This document shows, piece after piece, positions 39,618 to 48,473 of a stretch of DNA of 64,000 bases. The stretch comes from Armatimonadota bacterium (GTDB lineage: Bacteria; Armatimonadota; HRBIN16): positions 1,888,001 through 1,952,000 of the forward strand of contig OY781964.1 in the NCBI GenBank assembly GCA_963677485.1. The letters run 5' to 3'. The stretch's first letter is position 1. Every line of letters starts with the position of its first letter. The position numbers and the translations under genes are program-made. The notes under the pieces are model-generated. The model made no database searches. It had not been told where the DNA came from and worked only from the letters and a program-made list of their open reading frames with translations.

Positions 39618-39848
39618 CATCTGTGTTATTTGTGGATGAATTCATCCCATTCGTGTCCATTCGTGGTTAACTCCGGGCCGAGCTGGGCATTGTGAACCAC
39701 GGATTACGCGGATTACGCGGATTTCACGAATGGAGAGGTGGCAGAAACCCACCCTTCGCGTCTTCGCGTCTTCGCGTGAGAAATACCCCTCTGCGAAATC
39801 TGCGTGATCTGTGGATGAATTGATCCCATTATGTTCGTTCGTGGTTTG
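39618..39848. repeat. Composite short-repeat element
   Basis: Two copies of 'ATCTG.G..AT.TGTGGATGAATT.ATCCCATT...TTCGTGGTT' flank (CGGATTACG)n and (CTTCGCGT)3 tandems. Related to 26878-26910 and 32465-32482. Confidence 0.7.
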
Positions 39849-39858
39849 TTCTAACGGG

Positions 39859-40869
39859 TTATTGCTTGATATAAAGCCCGCTGAACAACGCCGATAACTG
39901 CTGTGTGGTCATGCCTTTCGTGTCAGTAGCAGCTTCTGCTCTGGCTACCCCGCCGCTGAAAGCCAGGTAGCGTTCACTGGCATTGGGGGCTACTATGATC
40001 CGAATTCGAACCCTTGAGATACCACTCCACCGCTCAAGCACCGACTTTGCAGCGAGTAGAGCCAGCCGCATCGCTTCCTCTGACGAAACCTGCTTATTAG
40101 TGACCGCCGTCAGCCCGGCTTCGTAAAGAACGGGGTCATAGTGCGCCGATCGCGTGACCATCTCGGTGTGAGCCGCCAACACGCCATTCACCACCTCCAT
40201 CATGCCAAGCTCTTCTGGCGTCATATCGGGGATATCTGCAGCAGGGGGTGTGCTCAACACAACTTCAGGGCTGTTGCCATCTGGAGTGACTTGGGGGGAT
40301 GTCCGGGCCGTGTTCTGTTTAGATATCGACACCTGACCGCGCAAGGCCGCCTGTTTCGATGGCTGTAAAACCTGTGACAGCATGACCAGCGTAAGCAGCA
40401 GCCCCACGCCCGTTATGATTCCAAACAGCCGGTAGTTTCGGGTGCGCCGACTGAGCATCGCCATCGTGTTCTCGTGTTCTTGAATCTGCGTGCGGCGGTC
40501 TACCTCGGCCATCACATCCTGCAGCCGCTGCTGGTATACCAGTTTGCCAGGGGCGGCGTCTGCTGCGGTGCGGTACCATCGGCTGGCCTCATTTAAGTCA
40601 CCTTCGTCAAACGAAAGGTCACCTCTTACCGCCAGCGCATCTGCATTTTCCGGGTGATATTTCAGTATCTCTTCACAGATGCTAATCGCTTCCCGCCGCT
40701 GACCGCGTATGCGCAGCAGGTTGATGCGCGCAAGCTGCAGATTGATAGAGCGCTCTTCACGGTCGCGCAGCAGGATATCAGCATCTTCACCCGATGTGGA
40801 GAGGCCGCACTCAGGGCATTTGCGATCGCCTGACTTCAATGGTGATAAACAATGGCTGCAAAAATCCAT
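39859..40869 (-). CDS. Zinc-ribbon + TPR single-pass membrane protein
   Basis: N-terminal CxxC...CxxC, TPR-like 'P.NADAL..RGDL...A..WYR.A', and one TM helix. Confidence 0.75.
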   Translation of the reverse strand: MDFCSHCLSPLKSGDRKCPECGLSTSGEDADILLRDREERSINLQLARINLLRIRGQRREAISICEEILKYHPENADALAVRGDLSFDEGDLNEASRWYRTAADAAPGKLVYQQRLQDVMAEVDRRTQIQEHENTMAMLSRRTRNYRLFGIITGVGLLLTLVMLSQVLQPSKQAALRGQVSISKQNTARTSPQVTPDGNSPEVVLSTPPAADIPDMTPEELGMMEVVNGVLAAHTEMVTRSAHYDPVLYEAGLTAVTNKQVSSEEAMRLALLAAKSVLERWSGISRVRIRIIVAPNASERYLAFSGGVARAEAATDTKGMTTQQLSALFSGLYIKQ

Positions 40870-40895
40870 AAACGCGCCAGACTCCCTTCGTGATT

Positions 40896-41345
40896 TTACG
40901 CTCGGCCTGTGCTGCCAAACCCGCCGTCACCTCGCTCGGTATCATCAAGCTCCTGTTCCTGCACAAAGCTCGCTTGAGTCACAGGGGCAATCACCATCTG
41001 GGCGATGCGGTCACCGCGATGGACCGTATAGTTATCCTGCCCGTGGTTGATGAGTATCACACTAATGGTACCCCGATAATCGCTGTCGATTGTGCCTGGT
41101 GAGTTTACCATCGTGATTCCGTGCTTAAATGCCAGACCGCTGCGAGGTCGTATCTGTGCTTCGTAACCTGGTGGTAATGAGATACGCAGGCCCGTGGTGA
41201 TCAGCCGTCTTTCACCCGGCACGATCACGGCCGATTTTTCTATCGCCGCACTCAGATCGCAGCCAGCCGAACCTTCGGTAGCATAACTGGGCAGAGGCAG
41301 CCCTTTCGCGCAGGGGTCCTGGGATATCTTGACTTCGAGGTTCAT
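40896..41345 (-). CDS. dut: dUTP diphosphatase
   Basis: Motifs 'GSAGCDL', 'RPRSGLA', '[12 protein letters not shown]', 'GDRIAQ' and '[10 protein letters not shown]'. ATG at 41345. Confidence 0.95.
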   Translation of the reverse strand: MNLEVKISQDPCAKGLPLPSYATEGSAGCDLSAAIEKSAVIVPGERRLITTGLRISLPPGYEAQIRPRSGLAFKHGITMVNSPGTIDSDYRGTISVILINHGQDNYTVHRGDRIAQMVIAPVTQASFVQEQELDDTERGDGGFGSTGRA

Positions 41346-41473
41346 AAATATTAAATCATCCTGTTCTTTTATAACTCGATAGCCCGTGGTGTGGCGCACG
41401 GCTAATATGGTTGTCCGATCACTTCATTGGCCATGAATCCAAAGCGGTGCGACTTCCGACGCTTCGGTGTCGA

Positions 41474-42466
41474 TCAGGCCTTAATCACTCGGATGTGATG
41501 CAGATCGCCTTCGCCCAGTCCCATTTTGGCTGCGGTCACAAGATGACGCACCGGTTGGCCGGAAGCTTCCAGGCTGCCAATGCCCATCTCTTTACGCCGG
41601 GCATCGATGATCTTGGTACCAACAACATCCATGGCGAGTGCATCAAAACTGGCCAGAATACTTCCATATTTCCACTGGAATTTGGGGGTGAAGCCAGGTC
41701 CACCATCGCAAAGTGGCCTAAGCGCGTCGCACAGAATCAGTCTGGTTTTGTTGCGGATACTTGGGAGTGAGTTGACTTCAGACAGGAATGGATCGCAGCC
41801 GTTGCCGTGATGCTGACCAGGGTTTTCGAAACTGCCATAGTGATTTTTATAAGCACACGATAATCCCGTGATGCTGTGATGCTTCAGTATCGGCAAATTT
41901 ACTAGTGCGGTGATCTGTTGTGTCAGGATTTTGCTGAGACGGCCCTCAAAGCTGCCCACTTTGGTGGCTTCAGCCTCGTAGTCGTTGTTCGTGCCATAGC
42001 ATTTCACGCCTGCTTCGCGGTTCAGCCGGAACTTGCACTTCAGCAGGTCGGCGTCAGCCCGATCCCAGATGATGATCTTATCGGCAGGGACGCCCGCTAG
42101 TTTCACGCCTTCCACCACAGCATTGACTACTTCCGGGCTGCTGCAGGCACCTGGGCCAAACAGGGTGTTGATCTTAATGCCCACCACATCACTCTTATCG
42201 AAGAGCTGGCTCCAGGCAAGTTGGTCTTTCTTCTGCCCTGTGAGCAGCCTGACGGAGGCAAATACCATTTCGCGTACCGTATCACTGTGCAGGCGCATAT
42301 CAGCGGTCACAGCTTGAGGCCGATTCGCTTCAACAACCGTTGGCCCCACCTTCTTAGTGAGCTGTATGAATGCAGATACTAGTGGGCTCTGTCGCACCAC
42401 ATTGGCACCTTTTGATGCAAGACCCAATAAAAACGTACGTCGCGATTCGTCTACGTTCAATGTCAT
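41474..42466 (-). CDS. DUF362 domain protein with Tat-like signal
   Basis: Motifs 'SRRTFL', 'VGIKIN', 'VNLPILKHH...LSCAYKNHYG' and 'D.LAMD'. Confidence 0.8.
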   Translation of the reverse strand: MTLNVDESRRTFLLGLASKGANVVRQSPLVSAFIQLTKKVGPTVVEANRPQAVTADMRLHSDTVREMVFASVRLLTGQKKDQLAWSQLFDKSDVVGIKINTLFGPGACSSPEVVNAVVEGVKLAGVPADKIIIWDRADADLLKCKFRLNREAGVKCYGTNNDYEAEATKVGSFEGRLSKILTQQITALVNLPILKHHSITGLSCAYKNHYGSFENPGQHHGNGCDPFLSEVNSLPSIRNKTRLILCDALRPLCDGGPGFTPKFQWKYGSILASFDALAMDVVGTKIIDARRKEMGIGSLEASGQPVRHLVTAAKMGLGEGDLHHIRVIKA

Positions 42467-42475
42467 CCTCCGAGA

Positions 42476-43981
42476 TTAAGAAGATCGATGCTGAGTATAG
42501 CGTTCTTCACGGTTATCGCCCTGGGCGCGAACTCTAATGGCCGCTTCGGGCTGTATGGGACAGCGGTTTTCGCACTGCCCACAGCCAACACATATATTCC
42601 TGTCCACTACGGGGCACTTTGTGCCCTTGTTATCAACGCTTTTGATGGCCTGGTATCCACAGTGCTCACCGCAAACCAGACACTCACGCCCGTCGGCCCA
42701 GGCCATGCACCTGTTGTGATCTACACTTGCCTGACCTAGCCGGATTTCGTATTTTTTAGCCAGATCGTATAACTTGATCGCACCGGTAGGGCAGACATCC
42801 GCGCAAGCGTTGCACCCCTCGATGCAATAACCGATGCGGGGTATCAGGATCGGTGATTCAAACCCTTCAATTCCCGCCTCCCACACGGCAGGATGCAGCG
42901 CGTGCGTGGGACATATCTTCGTGCAAAGACCGCAACGAATACAACGATCCAAAAACAGTGATTCGGGTTGAGAACCAGGCGGCCTGATCAACCAGGGACT
43001 ACTACTTTTGACGGACGAATCCTGAATTAGTTTCGAACTGATGTCTGTCTTGAGCACGCCAGCTACGGCTACACCGAGTACGCCCATGCCCAGCACACGC
43101 CGTCGATCCAGGTCAACTGGCCGTAACTGCTGGCTGCTCTCCGTCGACAGGGCGATTTCCGTGGCATCCTGGCCACACGTAGGCACACAGTTGTAGCATA
43201 AAATACACTCGGGTTGGATAACCTCCGTGGTTTTCGCTTGCGGAATGGCGGCCATTTTACATTCGATACGGCACAACTGGCAGTTGGTGCAGCTCTCCTC
43301 GTCGACACGCCTTTTCCATAACGACCATCGGCCTGTGATGCCGAACAATCCACCCAGTGGGCAGATGTTCCGGCACCAAAAGCGCTTGCCCCACTTGCCC
43401 ATCCCAATCGCTGCGATGAAGATGACGAGCGACAATAGCCCCAACCGGGTGTATGGCTGAGTTTCAGACAGCCAGGGTGCAGTGAAACCCGTGGCATGGG
43501 CTACAGTCCACAACGGGGCTTGGACCGCCTGAATCAGGGCTCGGCTGGCGATGGCCATGGGGTCCAGCAGATATGCCAACTGAACGGAAAAGAGGGCACT
43601 CACGAGTATAAGCACCAGCAAGGCCTGCTTCAGCCAGCGTGGTCCGAGCTTCGGGGTGTTGTGTTTTGTGGTGACCTTATCTGCGATGTCGACACAACTG
43701 CCCATGGGGCACACCCAGCCGCAAAACCATCGGCCAAACAGCATAGAAAGAACCAGTACAGCCAACCCTGCAAAAAGGTGGTGATCGAGTTGCCTGGAGC
43801 TGATAAAGGTGGCGATGCCCACCAGAGGATCCAGCGCGAAGAATATCTCTGGTCTGGGCATGAGCCGCTCCAGCGATGTGCCAAAGCAGGCCGCTAAAAA
43901 GAGCACAAAGAACAACGACTGCACGATCATTCGGGCAGTTCTCATACGGCTGGGGCGAGTGCGGCGCGTTGATTTGGCCAT
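42476..43981 (-). CDS. Membrane polyferredoxin (NapH/MauN-like fused to NapG/MauM-like)
   Basis: Motifs 'GRWFCGWVCPMG', 'RFWCRNICPLG', 'IRPPGS...CIRCGLC..ICP' and multiple CxxCxxCxxxC. Confidence 0.85.
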   Translation of the reverse strand: MAKSTRRTRPSRMRTARMIVQSLFFVLFLAACFGTSLERLMPRPEIFFALDPLVGIATFISSRQLDHHLFAGLAVLVLSMLFGRWFCGWVCPMGSCVDIADKVTTKHNTPKLGPRWLKQALLVLILVSALFSVQLAYLLDPMAIASRALIQAVQAPLWTVAHATGFTAPWLSETQPYTRLGLLSLVIFIAAIGMGKWGKRFWCRNICPLGGLFGITGRWSLWKRRVDEESCTNCQLCRIECKMAAIPQAKTTEVIQPECILCYNCVPTCGQDATEIALSTESSQQLRPVDLDRRRVLGMGVLGVAVAGVLKTDISSKLIQDSSVKSSSPWLIRPPGSQPESLFLDRCIRCGLCTKICPTHALHPAVWEAGIEGFESPILIPRIGYCIEGCNACADVCPTGAIKLYDLAKKYEIRLGQASVDHNRCMAWADGRECLVCGEHCGYQAIKSVDNKGTKCPVVDRNICVGCGQCENRCPIQPEAAIRVRAQGDNREERYTQHRSS

Positions 43982-43984
43982 CAG

Positions 43985-44890
43985 TTATACTCTCGCGAGT
44001 TTGATGGCTTTCAGATCAATCTCACCCAGACCTTTAGCAGCCGCAGACTTCAAATATTCCAGTTCGGAAGGCTTGACTCCAAATAGTCCGGCGACCACCG
44101 CGTCCACAGCCACCGGGTCGGTGCTGGCGAACATCTTGTTCTCCTGGCGGGTGGTGCCGGGACCCTTCGGGCCGTTATCAAGCAAAATCCTTGTTGCATC
44201 TATGATGGTAAGGTCGGGAATGACCACGCTGGCAAAGTCGGCGATGCAGTCAGCCAGACCTTTCACGTGCCACCATTGCCTGTCCCAAACGGCACCCATC
44301 AGGTTTTTCAAACCCATACTTAACTTGGTTGCTCCATGGTTCTTGGCGACCGGCAAGTTGATAAAGCAATCAGCTTGCGTGATGGCGGTGAGCACCTCAG
44401 CCTCGGGCAGTTTGGTGGCGTTGGGGATCGATATCGGCTGGTAGAGGTTGCGAAGGTGAGCACTGACCAGTTTGCCGCCAGCCGCATCCACGGCGGCTTT
44501 CAGACCGCTCACGGCGAACACTAGCTGCGAAGGGGTGTCGCAGGTGTGCTCAATCACCAGAACCTCGGCGGCACCGGCGGCTCTGCATATCTCGATCATC
44601 GCAGCCACGACCTGGGGGTTGGTGTTCGCAGCCTGTAATGGCGTGCGTGACCATCCACAGTTTGGCTTAATGACGACTTTGCTGCCCTTCTTCACGAAGG
44701 CCTCGATACCGCCCATCGGCTTCAGCAATGCGGAGATCATCGCCTTGGGGTCGGTGCCATCAGCCTGATAGACCTGGCCTCTGATGATCTTGGGGGCGAT
44801 TTTTCGTATGGGACCTTTGGCCACTTGTTTTCGTTGGCAACCAGCCAGTAATACTGCGGCACCAATTGCCGCTGCGGCGATCTCTTTCAT
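43985..44890 (-). CDS. DUF362 domain lipoprotein
   Basis: Lipobox 'LLAGC', plus 'VVIKPN', 'TNPQVV', 'INLPVAKNH...LSMGLKNLMG' and 'DPVAVD'. Confidence 0.85.
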   Translation of the reverse strand: MKEIAAAAIGAAVLLAGCQRKQVAKGPIRKIAPKIIRGQVYQADGTDPKAMISALLKPMGGIEAFVKKGSKVVIKPNCGWSRTPLQAANTNPQVVAAMIEICRAAGAAEVLVIEHTCDTPSQLVFAVSGLKAAVDAAGGKLVSAHLRNLYQPISIPNATKLPEAEVLTAITQADCFINLPVAKNHGATKLSMGLKNLMGAVWDRQWWHVKGLADCIADFASVVIPDLTIIDATRILLDNGPKGPGTTRQENKMFASTDPVAVDAVVAGLFGVKPSELEYLKSAAAKGLGEIDLKAIKLARV

Positions 44891-45079
44891 TGGTTCCCTC
44901 CGATAAAGTGACAGGTGGGTAGCAGCCGTGCGATCCGATGTCCACCGACTGATGCGTTGAAGAGCCTAAAATGGGATTAGACACAATATATTATATGCAG
45001 ATATCAGCCGATTATGTGCCGCCGGTGTTTTGGGGTTCCGACGGCACTCGTCATCTCAACGAATCACTCTGGGCTGACT

Positions 45080-46897
45080 TTACAGACTGGGGCTGGCTTG
45101 CGCGCCGAAATACTGGTCGATGACCACATAATCGAACAGGTTGACGCTTCCGCTGCCGTCTAGATCCATCGGCAGGTCAAGACCAACCTGTCCGAAGTTC
45201 ATGTCTAGCTGCACGAAGTCAAACAGGTTCACCTGTCCGTTGCCATCGGCATCGCCGTTGGGAAGTTCCAGGTTTTTGCCTGCCAGGTTGGCCGTGCTGA
45301 CGTTAAGGCCCGTCATCGTGATGGCAGGGAAATGGCTGCCCGAAATGCGCAGGCTGTATGTACCCGGAGCTAGCCAGTCTACGCGGTATCCGCCTCCCAG
45401 ATTACGCATTAACGGCACGGTGACGGTGGGACTTGACACATCAGTGCGCTTAACCTGGGCCTGCAAATCCTCGAACCGTGCATCGCCAACATATTTACTG
45501 AGCGTGACCTGGCCAGATATCGTGCGATTGGTGCCGGTGGGCTTGCCGAACGCCTTGATGCACACGCTGGCATTGGGATACGAACTCACTATATCTGACC
45601 ACGAGGTGCCCGCCTTACTGATGTATGTCTGACCGGCTGAAGCGGTCGCCCCACCCGTGTAGCCATCAATCACACCTTCAAAGGAGATGGGGTAGTTATA
45701 GCCTGGAGTAGTCCACTTGACCACCACGGAAAACTTCTGACCAGATGTGACGGATACCGGTGATGCCAGTGTGATGGTGTGATATCCAGGATATGCGATC
45801 GTTCCGGTGGTGGTGCCATACGCGGTGCCAGCCACGGGACTTGTGGTGGGGTTGAGGTAGATCATCGCCTGATAGCTGGTGTTGACCACCGGGGTGTAGA
45901 AGGACACCGCTTGAATCTGCTCTGCGGCTGAAGAGGTATAGACTGCGGCTCCATATGCACTGTCCTGAGCATACCCTACCATGCGGGTAAAGCCAAGCGG
46001 GTCATACTGGTAGATATGCTGGTAATTCGATGCAGGCTGCACCACGGAGATACAAGATGCATTATGAGCCAGATTTACGTCGTAATAACTGACCCAGCCG
46101 TAACCGCTCTGACCCCAATAAGTGCTCCAGCTATTTTTGAACAGAAAGGCACCGTTACCGGGGGGCATTCCGTTGGCCATTTGAAAATTAGTTTTTGAGT
46201 AGTTGTCATCCCAGCCGATGATGCTGACTTCGTGACTCGGCGCCTGCACCACGTCCACATAGATGCTGGCGGTGACGGGTGTATAGGAATAGTCATCCCA
46301 GTAGAGGTCGGCTGCGACGGGCCCGTAGTTCGTCACGCAGTTTTTGATCACATCGTTGTCTAACGCCGATGCTCTGGGAGGAAGCAAGATATCTTCCTGC
46401 ACATGGGCATACGCGGGAACCGTGCCAGGAGAGACGAAGATGGAATCATTAAACGGATCGTCTGATTCCAGCACAGGGCCATCCCAGCGAGCGAGATAAG
46501 CCGCCGCCATGCCAGAGTTTCCGCCGGAGTCTACCGGCCAGTCAAACCCGTGGCGGTTGCTGATATGCAACTCAGACAAGTCCGTGGTATCCGATGGACG
46601 GATACGGCCTTCTATTGAGGCGATGCATGAAAAAGCCCAGCAGTCATTAGCTGCCCCCTGGTTTCTCACCGGGGCACTTCGGGCTGATGTGCGAAGATCA
46701 TAAGTGGCTGGGTAGACCGCCAGAGTGTGCATATCTGCTTTATAAGGCGGCAAAAGAACGGGGTTTGGCACCATCGCGCTGTGTTCATTGATAGCCTTGA
46801 TGAATGCAGGGTTGATAGGTGCCAGTACCTGCGCCTGCATTGTGGATGCCATGACTATCAGTGCTGCGATAGCGAGCATACGGTGATGGGTGATCAT
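45080..46897 (-). CDS. Secreted papain-family (C1A) cysteine peptidase with lectin-like and dockerin-like domains
   Basis: Catalytic motifs 'VRNQG..NDCWAF', 'HEVSIIGWDD' and 'KNSW..YWG..GYGWVSY'. Also 'IYQYDPLG' and C-terminal paired EF-hand-like repeats. Confidence 0.9.
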   Translation of the reverse strand: MITHHRMLAIAALIVMASTMQAQVLAPINPAFIKAINEHSAMVPNPVLLPPYKADMHTLAVYPATYDLRTSARSAPVRNQGAANDCWAFSCIASIEGRIRPSDTTDLSELHISNRHGFDWPVDSGGNSGMAAAYLARWDGPVLESDDPFNDSIFVSPGTVPAYAHVQEDILLPPRASALDNDVIKNCVTNYGPVAADLYWDDYSYTPVTASIYVDVVQAPSHEVSIIGWDDNYSKTNFQMANGMPPGNGAFLFKNSWSTYWGQSGYGWVSYYDVNLAHNASCISVVQPASNYQHIYQYDPLGFTRMVGYAQDSAYGAAVYTSSAAEQIQAVSFYTPVVNTSYQAMIYLNPTTSPVAGTAYGTTTGTIAYPGYHTITLASPVSVTSGQKFSVVVKWTTPGYNYPISFEGVIDGYTGGATASAGQTYISKAGTSWSDIVSSYPNASVCIKAFGKPTGTNRTISGQVTLSKYVGDARFEDLQAQVKRTDVSSPTVTVPLMRNLGGGYRVDWLAPGTYSLRISGSHFPAITMTGLNVSTANLAGKNLELPNGDADGNGQVNLFDFVQLDMNFGQVGLDLPMDLDGSGSVNLFDYVVIDQYFGAQASPSL

Positions 46898-47130
46898 TTT
46901 CGTAACCGCCTTTAGATATATAGAATCACATTATTATTATGTGTTAGTTTACTCTTAGAATGCGCCGTCATATCTGCTTGATTTGGAGAAGGCATCGATT
47001 ATGGTGCAATATCGTTCAATGTGTTGCAAGAAAACGAGAGATGGTAGTTCCGTGCGAAAAGGTTAGTGGAGCGGAGTAAGATCATGGTGCAGTCGTGTAT
47101 CCGCATTATGGCTAATGCCCGTGAAGGTCG

Positions 47131-47721
47131 CTACAAACCGGTCGATTCTACCTTCCACGAGACGGCTAAGCTGTGGCTGCCGGACCGTTTGATGGCGGTG
47201 TTGGCTTTCAGTGTGAAGATCAGCGTTGTAATGGTGCAACTCGCACTATCAGCATCGGAAACAGCCACCTCGTTAAATGATTCACTGAGGCTGCCTGCCA
47301 CCCCTCTTCCACCTGACCAGACCGGTGCATTCCACGAAACGTCAGCAGGTGCCCATGTGGGCGTTCCAGATTCGGAATGTGTAAACGTGCCGGCATCCGC
47401 TTTGATGTACAATTTTAACTGCTTCGTCGCAGTTGCCAATACAATATTCTCGACCTTGACCGCTTGTACCGCAGTCACGGTATTGGTTGTAATATCGGTA
47501 ACGTAGAATGCAAGAGTTGATGGCACTGTGATCTTACACTGCTCGGTCACATTTACGGTCATGGTGGTGCTGGTGAGGCCGTTGGCTTGTGCAGTGATGT
47601 CTGTGTCATCAGCCCGCGCTGTATGGCCGACCAATCCCACAAGAATCATACCGCTTATGACCCACGTTGCTGCGTTCAATCCCTCGGCCCCCATATAGTA
47701 ATAGTGATGGCAAAAGCTCAC
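47131..47721 (-). CDS. Secreted pilin-like subunit (paralog 3)
   Basis: Similar to 51699..52277. C-terminal 'RSGSHSLAVSWKVE'. True start is probably downstream of 47721. Confidence 0.6.
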   Translation of the reverse strand: MSFCHHYYYMGAEGLNAATWVISGMILVGLVGHTARADDTDITAQANGLTSTTMTVNVTEQCKITVPSTLAFYVTDITTNTVTAVQAVKVENIVLATATKQLKLYIKADAGTFTHSESGTPTWAPADVSWNAPVWSGGRGVAGSLSESFNEVAVSDADSASCTITTLIFTLKANTAIKRSGSHSLAVSWKVESTGL

Positions 47722-47958
47722 TAAACCGAAAGCGAGTTATATGGATTTTACCCTTGCCATGGCTTAACCATACCACAGAAACGCCTTAAAATGTTCGCAT
47801 GATCGAATAACGCGGAAAACGCGCCGGAATCGTGACACTCGCTGGAGGGCAGCAGCATGTAAGGGCATGACGTGCCGAGCTTCGCTTTCGCACGTGATTA
47901 TCTGCGTAACTAGTAGATGAATCTTCCTCTCCGCGCCTCCGTGTGACACATCCCGGCC

Positions 47959-48450
47959 TTAAGGGTTAATCGACTCCAGTTTCCAGGTTATAGAGAGCGT
48001 GTGGTTGCCCGCCCGAATGCCTGCTGGTAGAGGGGTCAAACGCCAGCTCATGTCGACCGTGCCTGATAGCGGGTTGGCGACGCTTTGGAACACATCAGTA
48101 TAGTTCAGGAAGTTCAAGCTTCCGTTGAAACCGGTCCCGCCGACAGCACCACTGGTTGTCCATGAGACATATGCTGCCGGTATGGCCGTGCCTCCACCGC
48201 TGGGTGTAGCGAAATCGGTGGCGTCTGCCTTGATGCTGATGCGAAGGGATTTTCCCAAATCGAGGCTGGCGTTACTGAAACTCACCGCTGTCGGGTTTGG
48301 ACTGCCAGTTGTTGGCACTGTCACATCGGTGACATAGAACCCAACGGAGCTGGGCACAGATATATCGACCGACTCCGCGGTTGCCAGGCGAGCGAAACCC
48401 GCACATACCGACAGGCATATGGCTAGAGTGCAGAGCGTTGTGTGTTTCAT
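47959..48450 (-). CDS. Secreted pilin-like subunit (paralog 2)
   Basis: Signal peptide, 'ISVPSSVGFYVTDVT', 'ISIKADA' and C-terminal 'RAGNHTLSITWKLE'. Confidence 0.65.
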   Translation of the reverse strand: MKHTTLCTLAICLSVCAGFARLATAESVDISVPSSVGFYVTDVTVPTTGSPNPTAVSFSNASLDLGKSLRISIKADATDFATPSGGGTAIPAAYVSWTTSGAVGGTGFNGSLNFLNYTDVFQSVANPLSGTVDMSWRLTPLPAGIRAGNHTLSITWKLESINP

Positions 48451-48473
48451 TATTTATAACTCCAAGATGCCGA

